From NCBI GenBank assembly GCA_951406725.2, contig OX597835.1, positions 49,352,001 through 49,416,000 on the forward strand: 64,000 nt of DNA, read 5' to 3'. The DNA comes from Octopus vulgaris (taxonomy: Eukaryota). Position numbers and translations under genes: made by a program. Shown here piece after piece: positions 30,336 to 45,385 of the stretch (the stretch's first letter is position 1; each line of letters opens with the position of its first letter). Under the pieces are notes generated by a model. That model saw only the letters and a program-made list of their open reading frames with translations. It ran no database searches and was not told the DNA's origin.

Positions 30336-30871
30336 GGGGTGTAGGGGGTAGGCAGGCAGGCAGACAGCCATAGAGAGAAGTGGAGAGGAAAATATATGAA
30401 ACTCAGAATTCTGGAATGAGAGAGAAACGAAAAGAGGGGAAGCGAGAATTCCTGACTGAAGGTCAAAATGTGCCAGTGTCCCAATGGCGTTTAAAGTAAG
30501 GGTGAGGCAGCGTGAGAAAACGTTTTAATAGTTGACCAAATCGTCCGTCCTTGACTTATATATTCTTCCGTATACTGCCCAGTTTGTACTACTTATGGAA
30601 TTACCGAAATATGGTAAACGGTATTGCCCCCGTCATATGTATTTTTAAAATAGATTTGTGAATGGCACTGAACCGTGAAATGTCCAACTGGGATTTCTCT
30701 TAAAGAACCGGAATGTTATATGTTTGAGAGCTATTAACCAATTGACCAAAAAGTGTGCTTAATAGAAGAAAATTAGTTTATATATGCACTATACACACAC
30801 ACACACACGCATACGAACACACAAACGTGTGTATATGGTTTTGTATATGGACACATAGTTATACGTTTGTA

Positions 30872-30903
<32 letters not shown>

Positions 30904-30945
30904 CATAAATACATGCATACATTCATATACACATACTTATGCATG

Positions 30946-30976
<31 letters not shown>

Positions 30977-30992
30977 CATATGTGTGTGTGTG

Positions 30993-31033
<41 letters not shown>

Positions 31034-31214
31034 GAATATATACATATATATATGTGTGTGTGTATATATGTATATATAAATATATATAAATATATATAAA
31101 TATATATATATATACACACACATATATGTGCGTATATGAGTATGCCTTCACATTTGTGTGTTTATGTATGTATATATGTACATATGTAGGTACGTAAGCA
31201 GGTAAGGTAAGCGA

Positions 31215-31264
<50 letters not shown>

Positions 31265-31339
31265 TCACTCATAATTACATGCATGTATATGCAGAGAGAG
31301 AGATAGAGGCTTAGAATATGCGTACATACTTACATATAT

Positions 31340-31402
<63 letters not shown>

Positions 31403-32429
31403 GGTTAACTCATTTATTTGTGGAGGCCATTGTGAAAACATGTTAACACCTCCAAACCACCCTCTTAACCACCCTGAAACCACCCCGAATGAACTGTTTA
31501 CAAACTATTGAAAATGGCGAATAAATTTGCATATCTTAAACGAATTCTACCATTTCTTTCTATTCTCAAGAGTCATTTTATTTGGTTTGTTTTTTAATTT
31601 TTCCAAAGAATTTATTTATTTATTGACTTCGTTTTTTACATTTTTATTTTTCATTTTTGTCTTTCTTTTCCGCTTTTTTTACATATTTATTTATTTACTT
31701 CACTTTCATTTTGATCTTATTTATTTACTTATTTTCTTGTGTGTGTGTGTGCGCGCGTGTATATGTGCGCGCATGTGTGTGTGTGTGTGTGTGTGCGTGC
31801 GTATGCGTGTGTTTGTGTGTCTGCGTGTTTTGCTTAATTTTGTTTTCTTCGATTGATAACAATGTATTAATGCTGTTGTCGTTGTTGCTGTTGCTGTTGT
31901 TGTTGTTCACAGCACCCTCTGACAGTGCCATAGATCAATTATGACAAATTTCCTTTCAATCATCCAATCTCTATCTTTCTTTCTTTTTCTTCCTTGCTTT
32001 CTTCCTTTCTTTTTCTCCTTTTCTTTTATTCATTCTTACGTTAAGTCTTTTCCTTTTCTTCGTTGTTTGTTTATTGTGGTTTTGCTTTTGTTTGTGTCGT
32101 CCATTTTGACAGCTGACTCCTCTCACTTGAATTCTCTTAATCATATTCATTTCTGAGTTCTGAACTTCGGAACAAATATTACCAAAAATAAAGTAAAGGA
32201 ATCGGATTCTTGTTTTACTGTTTCTTTTTCGCATCATCTCTTTTCGCGAGGGCCTTAATTATTGCTTGCTGTTAACATAGTGATAGCCTTCATCCAGCTC
32301 TTGGGTAGAATCCATCCGTGTTATTCTTTACGGATATTTCAGACAAGCAGATTAAATCATTCAGTATGTAATAATAATAAGGACAATAATAATAACAACA
32401 ACAACAACAATGATGATGATGATGGTGGT

Positions 32430-32722
32430 GGACTTTCGCGTCGAAGACGACGTACGAGTCGTGTCCAGTATTTGCTGAACGACCCGCACAAAAGTAATTT
32501 GTTTGCAGCGATCAAAGGTATGTGCTGTGCATTAGCTCTCAACTCCCTCCATCAATATCGACATCGTCTGCACAGGTGCACAATTCTGACCACACGTCAG
32601 GTGTCGAAATGATCGCAGAGCAACGGGAAATGGAGCGTTTTGCCCAAGAACACAATGCGCCATCCGGTTATCGAATCCACAATCTCGTGATCGGCAATGC
32701 AACACCTAAACCACTAGCCCAC
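32430..32722 (-). mobile_element. tRNA-derived SINE (family C-like)
   Basis: Minus strand: gtgggctagtggtttaggtg (A box)...ggattcgataacc (B box)...gcattgtgttcttgggcaaaacgctccatttcccgttgct; ends at a trinucleotide tail. Confidence 0.7.
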
Positions 32723-32770
32723 AGTAATAATAATGATGATGATGATGGTGATGATGATGATGATGATAAT

Positions 32771-32933
32771 CCTTTCCACTGGAAGCATAAGGCCACTGGT
32801 ACCTAGTTAATCGACTCCGAAAGGATGAAAGGCAAAGTCGACCTCGGTGAAATTTGAACTCGGAATGTAGTGGCAGACGAAATACCGCTAAGTATTTCGC
32901 TCGGCGTGCTAACGATTCTGCCAGCTCGGCACC
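32771..32933 (-). mobile_element. SINE family A
   Basis: Reverse complement: gagctggcagaatcgttagcacgccgagcgaaatacttagcggtatttcgtctgcc...gagttcaaatttcaccgaggtcgactttgcctttcatcctttcggagtcgatt. Confidence 0.9.
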
Positions 32934-32953
32934 TTAACGATCGTTTTATTACT

Positions 32954-33075
<122 letters not shown>

Positions 33076-33308
33076 GTAAATAACAACAACAACAATAACA
33101 ATAAATGCTCTGATGCAGTAGCAGGCACTGGCTCTCATGGCATCTCACCCTGTCGCACACATATGGTTATGATGCAGGTGCCTGGTGTACCTTCATCAGA
33201 CAGGTAGTCATGATTGGTATATTGGGCTTCGTATATCTGTAATTCAGTTTCACTTTGATGGCATGCGCTGCTCTCTCAATGATGATGATGATGATGATGA
33301 TAATAATA

Positions 33309-33440
33309 GTTTCAAATTTTGGCACAAAGTCATCAAGTACGGGGGATGGGTAACTGGTATTTAATCTATCGACCCCGAAAGGATGAAAGGCAATGTTGAC
33401 TTCGGCGGAATTTGAGCTCTGAACGTTAGGACGGTGCTAA
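33309..33440 (-). mobile_element. SINE family A, partial
   Basis: ctggtatttaatctatcgaccccgaaaggatgaaaggcaatgttgacttcggcggaatttgagctctgaacg. Confidence 0.8.
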
Positions 33441-33816
33441 TATAACTGATTAAATGTCTGCGAAAGCTAAAAAGTTTATTTGACAGAACTTAACGTCAAC
33501 CAGTGGTATACTGGCTGCTAACAAGCTATTGACTGTGATCACACACACACACAGACGTGCTACAATGTACATATCTGTGTGTGTGTGTGTGTGTGTGTAA
33601 GTGTGTGTACGAATTACGACGCAATATTCGAACTAACTGAAATACATATCACTATAATGCATTGCATAAAGTGGCATGAATTTAGGTTCAGGTCAAAATG
33701 CATTTACTATAATAACGTATTTAAAAAGAGCGTTATGTAGCTGAAAATATCACAGAAAACAAGTTACTGTACTAATATTTCGCGTATTTCATTACACACA
33801 CACACATATATACATG

Positions 33817-33881
<65 letters not shown>

Positions 33882-33931
33882 GCATATTAAGTTAGACATA
33901 CATGTGGCCGAAACCTATCAAAGTATCAAAG

Positions 33932-33966
<35 letters not shown>

Positions 33967-34275
33967 CCAAACACACAGCTACATACACAACGAAATATAT
34001 ACATAGGTTACAGAAAGAGAATTGATAGCAATAAAGGCGACAATGTCTACACGCGTTTGTGCGTGCATATATCTGAATTAACATTTTGTGTAAGCTTAGA
34101 CATCAATATCCCCGATGTCACACTGTGCCTTTCCCTTTTTCCTTTTAAGTCATCATAATCATTACCATCACCATCATCGTGATCTACATTTTCTCAGACT
34201 AAAGATTAAGTAAAAGCAAAATCTTATTGATTTGTAAACATTATTACTCATTTATTTATTTATTTTATTCATTAC

Positions 34276-34699
<424 letters not shown>

Positions 34700-34705
34700 G
34701 TTGTT

Positions 34706-34960
34706 GATGTTGCTTTTCTTTTGACCTGCATGTTTGATGCAGTCAATTACCAGGACACACCTAGTGGCCGAGAGCAAAGCAGGTTTTAAAATATAACTGG
34801 AGATTGGGGAGGGGAAGTGGGGAGAGCAGTAAATACATAATTGTAATACAACACAAAACATTTAAATTGATTGGATTTTCCTAAGGATGTGGGTAGTGCT
34901 TGTCAGCACAATCTTTTGGATTTCTCTGAGATACGGTTCTCCTGGGATGTTGTCTAGATG
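34706..34960 (-). mobile_element. R4/Dong-type LINE, 3' fragment no. 3
   Basis: HLDNIPGEPYLREIQKIVLTSTTHILRKIQSI* plus a 3' UTR running into (CAA)/(TAA)n. Confidence 0.7.
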
Positions 34961-35145
34961 TAGCATGCCGGGCAAACTGTTTCGTCCGTCTTTAGTTCTG
35001 AGTTCAAATTCAGCTGATGTTGACATTACCTTTCATCCTTACGGGGTCAATAAAATAAATAACAGTCAAGCACTGGGGTCACTGTAATTGAGTGCCAAAC
35101 CCCTCCCCGCAAATTTCAGGCCTTGTGCCTGTAGTAGAAAGAATT
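34961..35145 (+). mobile_element. SINE family A with (ATT)n tail
   Basis: ttctgagttcaaattcagctgatgttgacattacctttcatccttacggggtcaataaaa...caggccttgtgcctgtagtagaaag. Confidence 0.8.
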
Positions 35146-35202
35146 ATCATTATTATTATTATTATTATTATTATCATTATTATTATTATTATTATTATTG
35201 TC

Positions 35203-36075
35203 ATTCAGTAGTTTTATTTTTATAGTGTGCTTTCACTTCATTACCGAGCGCAGCTCTGTGTGCCTTGGGTATGTGCTGTGATTTGTTGTGATGCTCTGAT
35301 GGTTATTGTATGGAAAGTGTTCTGCGTAGGATGTGTGCAGTGCCTAGTGGTGCAATTTTCTGTATGTTATATGTGTTTGTAAGTCCTGGTGTTTTTGTTA
35401 TGTATTTGTCTGAATATTTTTTTTATCATGCCTAATGCACCTACTATGATAGGAATTGTTTCTGTTTTTAGATTCCACATTCTGGTTACCTCTATTTCCA
35501 GGTCTTTGTATTTTGAAAGTTTCTCCATTTCTTTTAGAGACACGTTGTCATCTGCCGGTATTGATACATCAATTAGAAAGCATTTTTTTTCTTCATGATC
35601 TCTGACAACTATATCTGGTCTGTTGGCCTTAATTTCTCTATCTGTGTGTATCGGCATATCCCAAAGTATGGTTGCTTTCTCGTTTTCTGTGACCTTTTCT
35701 GGTGTGTGCCTATACCATCTTTTTTCTGTTGTTATTCCATAATGTTGGCATATCTTCCAGTGTATGTAGGTTCCAACTTTGTCATGTCTGTGAATATATT
35801 CCTTCTTAGCTAGGACTGGGCAGCCAGAGATAATATGATTTATTGTTTCTTGTCCATCTCCACATATTCTGCAGTTACTTGTTATATTTCTTTTCATTAC
35901 ATGTTTTTGGTAATTTCTGGTGGGGAGGCTTTGGTCTTGTGCTGCAATTAAAAATCCCTCTGTCTCTGCTTTGAGTCCTGAGCTTCTCAAACATTGCTGG
36001 GATTTTTCTTTGTCTATTTCTTTTGCGTTTAGTTTAGTCCAGTATTTACCATGAAGGGGCTTTTCTTGCCATCTT
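35203..36075 (-). mobile_element. 5'-truncated R4/Dong-clade non-LTR retrotransposon (CCHC finger plus restriction-like endonuclease)
   Basis: ORF 35367-35990: AAQDQSL..CRICGDGQETINHIISGC (CCHC), RHD, RPDIVV..LIDVSIP..EKLSKYKDL (PD..D..K endonuclease), PIIVGALG. Frameshift near 35420, then IQKIAPLGTAHILRRTL*; embedded in (TAA)n/(GAA)n. Confidence 0.93.
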
Positions 36076-36082
36076 TCTTCTT

Positions 36083-36177
<95 letters not shown>

Positions 36178-36683
36178 GGTTCTTATCATATTATACCACA
36201 TAATTACCAGTAATATACTCTGCCGGCACACTTTCAAAACACGGTATCCAACAATGACACGATGAGGAGCTTTAGAGACATGGTGCCTCTTTGATGCCTT
36301 TCTGAACTGGAACGCTTTATCACTGGTGTATCTGGAATTCGCTTCCCTGTGCAGTTTGCTCTATCCATTATCAGCTTGAGGGCATTGTCAATTTCGCAGA
36401 CCAGAATATGTGACACTTCACACATTCCTAATAAATACAAAATGGTTGCTGAAGATTTTCTGTGGTCTTCTATGTACATTTTTGTCCTTGTGCCGCCAAT
36501 CTTGTTCTTAAGCATCCTAAACTCAGACCAACAGAGGGCCATCTCTCTCCTGCATCTTTTTATACATTTGCTTCCCTCTACAGTTAAACGATTGGAGACA
36601 ACATAAAAAAGCCAGGTGCAATTACTTAAGAATTGAAAGCGTATTGTGACCAGCGATGTATAACAACATCCGATAGTCTGGTG

Positions 36684-36750
<67 letters not shown>

Positions 36751-36858
36751 TTAAAAATTGAGGAAGATAAATATATATATTTGTGCTTATATAGATACAT
36801 ATATATGTTTATATATCTGTGGTTATATAGATACATATATACATGTTATATTACATTG

Positions 36859-36913
<55 letters not shown>

Positions 36914-36916
<3 letters not shown>

Positions 36917-37125
36917 TTAATCCAAACATGAAAACACAAAGAGAAAACAAAACAACGCGAGGACGTGGAACAAATATAGCATTATTGGACGCTCAGGAAG
37001 GAAGGGAAAAAGGAGGGTTTAACGTTTCGAGCGGAGCTCTTCGTTAGAAACATAGGAAAAGGAAAGATCCAGAGAAGGGAAAACGGAGGAAAAAATCGCC
37101 AACGGTACACATGCGGTCACATTTA
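36914..37125 (-). mobile_element. Penelope-like 3' remnant carrying a mutated minimal hammerhead (37017-37051)
   Basis: gttt-CTAACGA-a-gagc-tcc-gctc-GAAAC-GTT-aaac; G5A core change; 3' end ...ggattaactg joins (TA)n. Confidence 0.6.
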
Positions 37126-37504
37126 CACATACACGTGTGTGTGTGTGTGTGTGTGTTTACCTGCATGTGTGTCTAGTTTGTTTGCGTAAAGCAGTGCAAA
37201 GTAGAACAGTGATTGAATTTGGGAAAAAAAACGTCGATATATTATTCAGCGATTGTTGAAATAGATACCAGACAGATGTAAGGACTGAGATTGATATGAT
37301 CGTCCCAACACGTCCATATATTACGCTGACTGTGGTCAGTGAAGCACTTCGAAACCAACAAAATGGCTGACTGGTGAACCAGGTGCAATATGGCTGCGTA
37401 TGGAAAAGTTTCAGTTCAATCAGTTTGGTTTCAGCAATCCGAAATGATCGATATTGCACCTCTGGTATTGAGTACTTTTTCTTCAACTTGTCACTGCTAC
37501 GTCT

Positions 37505-37601
<97 letters not shown>

Positions 37602-37889
37602 CCGGCGAAGACGACGTATGAATGTTCAGCTTTTGCCGAACATGCAAAAATGCATGTGCTGGTGATGATTTATTGTCGAAACTTCGAAATCACTGTGAAC
37701 TTTTCCCTTGTAGAAATTAAGAAATATATACGCGTGTGCGGATGGTGGTGTATATAGATGTGAAACTGAGGATAGTATTTTAAAGAAATGGTAATGAATA
37801 AAGAGAGAGAACTTTAAGCTTCGCAGGACGGCTTAATCAGGTTTAAATGTGAGACACCTCAAACGTTACGCTTTATACCGACATATGAG

Positions 37890-38215
37890 CATACATGCAT
37901 ATATATACACACATACATACATACATACATGCATGCATACATGCATGCATACATACATACATGCATACATACATACACACATACATGCATACATGCATGC
38001 ATACATACACACATACATACATACATACATGCATACACACATACATACACACATACATACATACATACATGCATACATACATACACACATACATGCATGC
38101 ATACATACACACATACATACATACATACATGCATACACACATACATACACACATACATACATACATACATGCATACATACATACACACATACATACATAC
38201 ATACATGCATACATG

Positions 38216-38246
<31 letters not shown>

Positions 38247-38860
38247 GCATACATACCTGCATACATACATACCTGCATACATACATACATACATGCACAC
38301 ACACATACATACATACATACATGCATACATACATACATACACACATACATACATACATACATGCATACATACATACATACACACATACATACATACATAC
38401 ATACATACATACATACATACATACATACATACATACATACATACATACATACATACATAGTACATACATACATACATACATACATACATAATACACACAT
38501 ACATACACACATACATACATAATACACACATACATACATACATACATACATACATACACACATACATACATACATAATACACACATACATACATACATGC
38601 ATACATGCATACATACATATATGCATACATACCTGCATACATACATACCTGCATACATACATACATACATGCACACACACATACATACATACATACATGC
38701 ATACATACATACATACACACATACATACATACATACATGCATACATACATACATACATACATACATACACACATACATACATACATGCATACATACATAC
38801 ATACATGCATACATACATACATACATACATACATGCACACACACATTACATACATATGCA
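37890..38860. repeat. ~1-kb (CATA)n-based array with higher-order repeats
   Basis: CATA units with CATG/CACA/CCTG variants; the variant pattern is duplicated at ~38230-38340 and ~38610-38715. Confidence 0.95.
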
Positions 38861-38899
38861 GCAACACTCATGCACATGCATTTGTCCTACGCTGCAGGA

Positions 38900-39900
38900 C
38901 AATCTTTATCAGATGTCGACTAGGAGGTCACAAAGATATATGGTACCTTCCGGAAGTATGAAAACGATACCAAGCAGTCTTGATGCAACCAAAGAATGTC
39001 CCGTTCTTTTGAACGACCCCGTTGCAGATTTCCCTCAGCCCCTTCATCCTTAGGCCACTTCAACATAAATACGATTCTGTCCCCTCCAATTCAGCAATAA
39101 CTGTTTTGTTCTGCTTCTTGTTTGTTCTCGTCTGTCCCAGTTTTGGTCCTTTTTATGATTCTACCAACATCCACGCTGAAGCGTTTTCTGCTCCCTACTC
39201 CGGCCCTAGAGTCACTTCTTAGCTACCTTTTTTTTTTAGTGTAACACCATTAAGATGAGACATAGTTCACAGTTCATCTAACTGCAAATCCAGGCTATCC
39301 CGCCGCGTATCGCACGTGATTACCCGACTCCTTCATATTTTAAAGCCTTTCGTTTCATGTGTCCACTTCAAACTGACTTCAACCATTACGTCTTTCTGTG
39401 TTTTTTTTTTCTCCAATTCAGTCTATGAGGTCTGATTATTGCTTCGTTCTCACAAAATGACTTGATAATACGACTACCTCCATGAAGTCCACATGCACCC
39501 TGCCACACATATAAGCACAGTGTTGCTTTTCAGTTATCTTCTATTCAGTCCTCTGTCGCTCTCCTTGTGGAAAACAAAACAGCGCAAGTTGGGTTTGCTT
39601 CTCGTTGCGTAATTGTTGTTTTTATCCGCCAACAACGATACTCGATTCCTCATTATGCGCATTGACACACATCTCAGTGTATGACTTGCATTATCACCAG
39701 AGCATGTTTCAGCCAAGCATATCCTCCTCACCAATAAAAATAGGAGGCAGTACCAATTCCAGTACCGTCGTCTGATTCCGTCTTCGAACCATTACTCTCG
39801 GCAGGAACTACAACCTCGTGGACGCCATGCAGCGTTTCATGTTTGCATCATATTCAGTTGTCTCCCCTGTTGCCCTTGCAGATTGGCTTCGTCTCCTGAC
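38900..39900 (-). mobile_element. Possible heavily decayed Gypsy-type gag/protease fragment
   Basis: LRCFVFHKESD (decayed CCHC knuckle?) followed downstream by GLREICNGVVQK (cf. LRDTGCxGVVVK) and YLCDLLVDI; resemblance by eye only. Confidence 0.25.
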
Positions 39901-40118
39901 TGCCTTACTTACACCACACACACATGATGTGTATGAATAAAAGTTTATATGTGCGTGTGTATATATATATATATTCACACATACGCAGATACATACAAAT
40001 ATGTGTGCGTACGAATATGGAGATAAAACTTTATATGTTTATATTTGCATATATGTGAGTATACACAGTATATGTACATATATAAATATATATGTATATA
40101 CAGTATATATATATATAT

Positions 40119-40164
<46 letters not shown>

Positions 40165-40494
40165 TATATATATATATATATATACGGTATATATATTTAT
40201 ATATAGTATATATATATATACCTATATGTATGTATATGTATAAATATACCTATATGTATGTATATGTATGTATATATATGTATATGTATCAACATATGTG
40301 TGTCTGTGTGTGTGTGTGTGTACTCGTGCAACCAACATCCACGTGTAAACCCAATACCAGCGACACCTGTGTTCACACTTTGTTTTCATGTTTCTGCTTT
40401 CACCCCCCACCCCCTCCCCACTCACCAGCCCCTGCCCTAACCCCACCCCATCTTTTGTCATTGTTCTTGTAATGGAGTCTATGATGCTGTTGAT

Positions 40495-40517
40495 ATTGAT
40501 ACTGATGATGATGATGG

Positions 40518-40573
<56 letters not shown>

Positions 40574-40630
40574 TCGGTGGTATTGGTTATAGGGGTGATG
40601 ATGATGATGATGATGATAGTGATGATGAAA
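40495..40630. repeat. (GAT)n microsatellite
   Basis: Read directly. Confidence 0.95.
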
Positions 40631-40760
40631 CAAAACGATGAAAAGAGAGCAAGTGGAACGGAGGAGTGTGAATCAGCCTATATTTTTGTTAGACCTAATT
40701 CTTTCATCAAAAACATAGTCTTAATAAATTCTTCTTTTTTTTTGCTCCAGGAAAATAAAT

Positions 40761-40825
<65 letters not shown>

Positions 40826-41238
40826 TAACGATAAAGCCCTTGCACATTTTTTCCCTTAACCTTGAACACTTTTTTATGCATGTTCACCCAGATGCACTTG
40901 GTTCTTGTTTCAAGAAAGAAAAAATTCTTGATGTATTTTTTTATTGTTTTTGTTAGCATTATAAATTGCAATGATAATGGCTGAAACGTAACAATAATAA
41001 CAACAATAACTATAAATAATAATAACAATAACAATAATAATGATAATAATTTATCTAAAATACAAACATGACTCCTTATCAACGCCTAACTCTCTATTTC
41101 AGACTTGACTCCTTATGTGAGACGGAGCCATTTAGGTAAGAATCTCTCCTACCTCCTTATTTCAAAGACCTACTTTGTTCTAACACATCTTTTTTGGTCT
41201 AAGACTAGAATCATTCTCTCTCTCTCTCTCTCTTTCTC

Positions 41239-41323
<85 letters not shown>

Positions 41324-41693
41324 TTTATCATTCTTTCCGCATCGCTGCCAGACCCAAATTTCCACTATCTGACACACTCTCTCACTATTTCCCTTTCTAA
41401 ACCTTTCTGCTCCTCTTTCTCTATTTTTCTCTATCTCTCTGACAATCTCTCACTCTCTTCTATGTATATCTTCACGCTTTCTCTTTCTAAATCCCTCTCT
41501 TTTTTCTTTATCTATTTCTCTGTTTATCTATCGATCGATCGATCTCTCACTCTCACTCTCAAATCACTTCTCTGCCTCACTGTCACTCTGTCACTCACTT
41601 ATTTCGTCTATCTCTCTCCCTTACTCTCCTTACTCTCTCTCTTTTAAATATTCTCTCTCGCTCTATTTCACACTCTTTCAATAAATCTCTCAG

Positions 41694-41728
<35 letters not shown>

Positions 41729-41859
41729 ACCAATCAAGTCTGCTATATATCACCTTCTCTCGTGAGACCCCAGCTGGGCCATGCATTGCACTAGCTTCTA
41801 CGAGTCAGATAAATATTTGTTTCTTATTTAATCGATAAATCTATACAAGAAGACTCTAC

Positions 41860-42170
41860 ACGGTCGAATGTCCCACTAGAAATAACAGCCAAATCTCCCT
41901 CTAATTACACCTTACCTTCTTTACTTAAATTTCGAGAAGAAAGATTGCATACGAAAACGTAATCCAAGATAATATCTTAAATTAAAAAAGAGTCGTCACG
42001 GATATAACGGCATTGATCATCAAGGGACTCCAACATGACCTGACCAAGGAAGGGAGAGATTGCACAATGTAGTCTTATACGAAAATACGGCGACAGCAAT
42101 GAGTGTGGAATGTCTCTGATCCTTTGTAGGTCTGCTCCAGCTGGGATGGTCCTACTCTAAACAATTACAG
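41860..42170 (+). mobile_element. Interspersed repeat family D (partly duplicated)
   Basis: ccactagaaataacagccaaatctccctc...aaaaaagagtcgtcacgg...gtaggtctgctc...ctaaacaa. Confidence 0.6.
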
Positions 42171-42270
42171 TTGCAGAAGACGTTCATTTCTGTGAGATTG
42201 GATTTATTTGTTTTGCTAAGTCAAAGTTCTTCGTTTGAGAGAGAACAGTCAATATTTAGCTAATTCTTTT

Positions 42271-42545
42271 GGCAGTGAGCTGGCAGAATCGTTAGCACAC
42301 CAGGCGAAAGGCTTAGCAGCATTTCGTCTGTCTTTACGTTCTGAGTTCAAATTCTGCCGAGGTCGTCTTTGCCTTTCAGCCTCTCGGGATCAATAAAATA
42401 AGTGCCAGTTGATCACTGACGTCGATGTAATCGACTCACACCACGAAATTGCTGGCTTTGAGTTTAAAATTCGAAACCTGATTCTTAAGGCGATTTACAC
42501 CGCCCCAGAAATTACTGGCCTTGTGCTAAAATTGGAAACCAATAT
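42271..42545 (+). mobile_element. SINE family A, full length with duplicated tail
   Basis: ggcagtgagctggcagaatcgttagcac (A box)...gagttcaaattc (B box)...gcctttcagcctctcgggatcaataaaataagtgccag; tail gaaatt(g/a)ctggc...aaaatt.gaaacc occurs twice. Confidence 0.9.
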
Positions 42546-43024
42546 TTAACTGATTCTTTAGAAAGGAATTGAAAACCGCTTGGAAGACCATGAGTGAAGG
42601 CTGGGCCGGCTGGGGCGGCTGGAGAAGGCAAGCTGAGGCGGATTTGGTGCAGCATCTCATGTTAAAGGCCGATGTATATTAATGTATGTGTGTGTACGAG
42701 AGAGAGCGAGTGAAAGTGCATGTGTGTGTGTGTGTGTGTGTGTCTATGTGTGGGTATATGTGGAGCATTTACGTAAACATACACATACTGAGGTATGTGA
42801 GGGTATATGCGCGTCTATGCGTAATATCTATGTCTGTGTATGTGTGTAGGTATCACTATACGCACAATTATATATTTAGACACTTAACCTCTCTTTTCTC
42901 TCTCTCTCTCACTCTCTTGCTGTTTTTCTCTGTATACATCCACGTTTGTGTGCGTGTGCGCGCGCGTGTGTACATGCGTACATATATATGTGAATACGCA
43001 TATATATATATATATATATATATA

Positions 43025-43055
<31 letters not shown>

Positions 43056-43205
43056 GTGTGTATATGTATATGTGCATATATGTATGTATATATATATATG
43101 TATATATATATATACATATATATATATATACATATATATATACACATATATGTATATATATACATATATATACACATATACACACACACACACATATATA
43201 TATGC

Positions 43206-43239
<34 letters not shown>

Positions 43240-43282
43240 GTATATGTGTATATATGTGTGTATATGTGTATATATGTGTGTA

Positions 43283-43313
<31 letters not shown>

Positions 43314-43324
43314 GTATATGTATG

Positions 43325-43403
<79 letters not shown>

Positions 43404-43854
43404 GTGTGTGTGTGTGTATATATATACACATGTAAGTATGTATGTTTACGTATGTAGTCGTGTGTGTAAGTGTATCGTTGTGTCGGTGGGATCAGCTGCC
43501 ATCTTGGAAAGCCGAAAAGAACAGAGACAAGAATACAATAACAGCAACATCAATAGCATTGTGAACGGTGACGGAAATAATTAACAACGACAACAACAAC
43601 AACGACAACAACAACAACGACAACAACAACAGAGATGACGACGACGGCAGCGTTGGTAATTAACATTATGATCAGGAAGAACATCATCAGTAATGTTATC
43701 AACATTAATTAGCAGACTGACTGGTGGGGAGGGGGTCGAAGATGGGTGCGGTATATATATAGAGAGAGAGACAGGGTGTGAGATGTGGGGGGAGGGAGGG
43801 AAGCACAGAGGGACGGAGAGACAGATAAATAAGTAGATGTATCATGTATGTATA

Positions 43855-44217
43855 TCTCTTTTACTCTTTTACTTGTGGCCATGCAGGAGCAGCGCCTTTA
43901 GTCGAGCAAATCGACCCCACGACTTATTCTTTTGTAAGCCTAGTACTTATTCTATCGGTCTCTTTTGCCGAACCGCTAAGTTACGGGGACGTAAACACAC
44001 CAGCATCGGTTGGCAAGCTATGTTAGGTGGGGGGGGGGCAAACACACACACACACATATATATACGACGGGCTTCTTTCAGTTTCCGTCTACCAAATCCA
44101 CTCAAGGCCCGAAGCTATACTAGAAGACACTTACCCAAGGTGCCACGCAGTGGGACTGAACCCGGAACCATGTGGTTAGTAAGCAAGCTACTTACCTCGC
44201 AGCTACTCCTATGCCTA
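43855..44217 (-). mobile_element. SINE family B, near full length
   Basis: Reverse complement: taggcataggagtagctgcgaggtaagtagcttgcttactaaccacatggttccgggttcagtcccactgcgtggcaccttgggtaagtgtcttcta...gactaaaggcgctgctcctgcatggccac. Confidence 0.9.
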
Positions 44218-44220
44218 CTA

Positions 44221-44266
<46 letters not shown>

Positions 44267-44348
44267 TACATACGCACACACGCATACATGCGTACATAAA
44301 TACATACATACACAATCAGAGTCAGATATATCATGCATGTAAATGCGC

Positions 44349-44423
<75 letters not shown>

Positions 44424-44426
44424 GAC

Positions 44427-44508
<82 letters not shown>

Positions 44509-44611
44509 GCAATTGTTTTAGCACACGTACCGCTAAATTAATAACACTTGAAATCTCTCCAACAAATACAATTTACTGATAGATCCACTTTACACACACA
44601 CAGAAGATTCA

Positions 44612-44666
<55 letters not shown>

Positions 44667-44760
44667 GGAAGTAACAGCAAAGCCGTTGCTTGGCTTGAAG
44701 TAGGAGCTAAATTTTCCTTCAATCGTTTCCACAGCATAGCCGTTCCTTGAGACCGCTGTG

Positions 44761-45140
44761 TAGTGCTTCTCAAAACGTGTGCCGCGAAAGGTATCCAGAT
44801 ACACCGTCGTAAATTGTTTAAAAAATAAGATTTAAAGCTCCAGAAAGAAATCCTGTACGTCTTGGAAAATAAACTCATTACTGAATTTTATTTTACAACA
44901 TTTTGCTTTCTAAAACATGGAGAACAATAATTGTCTACATTTTCTTTCCAATGTGTCTTTTTTAATCTTTTAAAAACGTTCACAAATGCAATAAAAGATA
45001 AGGTGAAACTTGAAGATCCAATCAACTCGAACTTTACCAATATTTTCAAACAACAGGTACATTCTAAGAAAGCCATTCTAGCTATACCCTAAAATTACAG
45101 TGTGATATGTTATATATTTCATAAGTTCTAAAATTCTCGC
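44761..45140 (+). mobile_element. Possible non-autonomous hAT (Charlie/Buster-like) remnant
   Basis: Starts (t)agtgcttctcaaaacgtgtgccgcg, similar to hAT termini; short frame ..AIKDKVKLEDPINSNFTNIFKQQVHS resembles a hAT transposase C-terminus. An adjacent ttgagaccgctg end lies at 44747-44758. Confidence 0.35.
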
Positions 45141-45385
45141 CACCCCCTTATAAAATTAATCATAATTTCACACTTTTTTTTTTTGGTTAAAAGGGGTTTT
45201 ATGCGATATAAATTGCTTCAGATTTAACGTACGGTCTCAGAAAAGTTACTTTGGAAGAAAGGTTCTAGAGAATCAGACTTTGAAATCGTTTTCTTTTCTT
45301 TTTTTTTTTTTTTTGCACCTTGTGAGTGGATTTGGTAAACGGAAACTGAAAGAAGCTCTTCACACACACACACATACACACATAC

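Noticed and set aside
30661-30683. miR-183/263-like start AATGGCACTG
   Set aside because: Only the first 10 nt match and no precursor hairpin is evident.
36234-36690. ~150 stop-free codons on the minus strand
   Set aside because: No recognisable domain or real start; probably an unclassified repeat fragment next to (TA)n.
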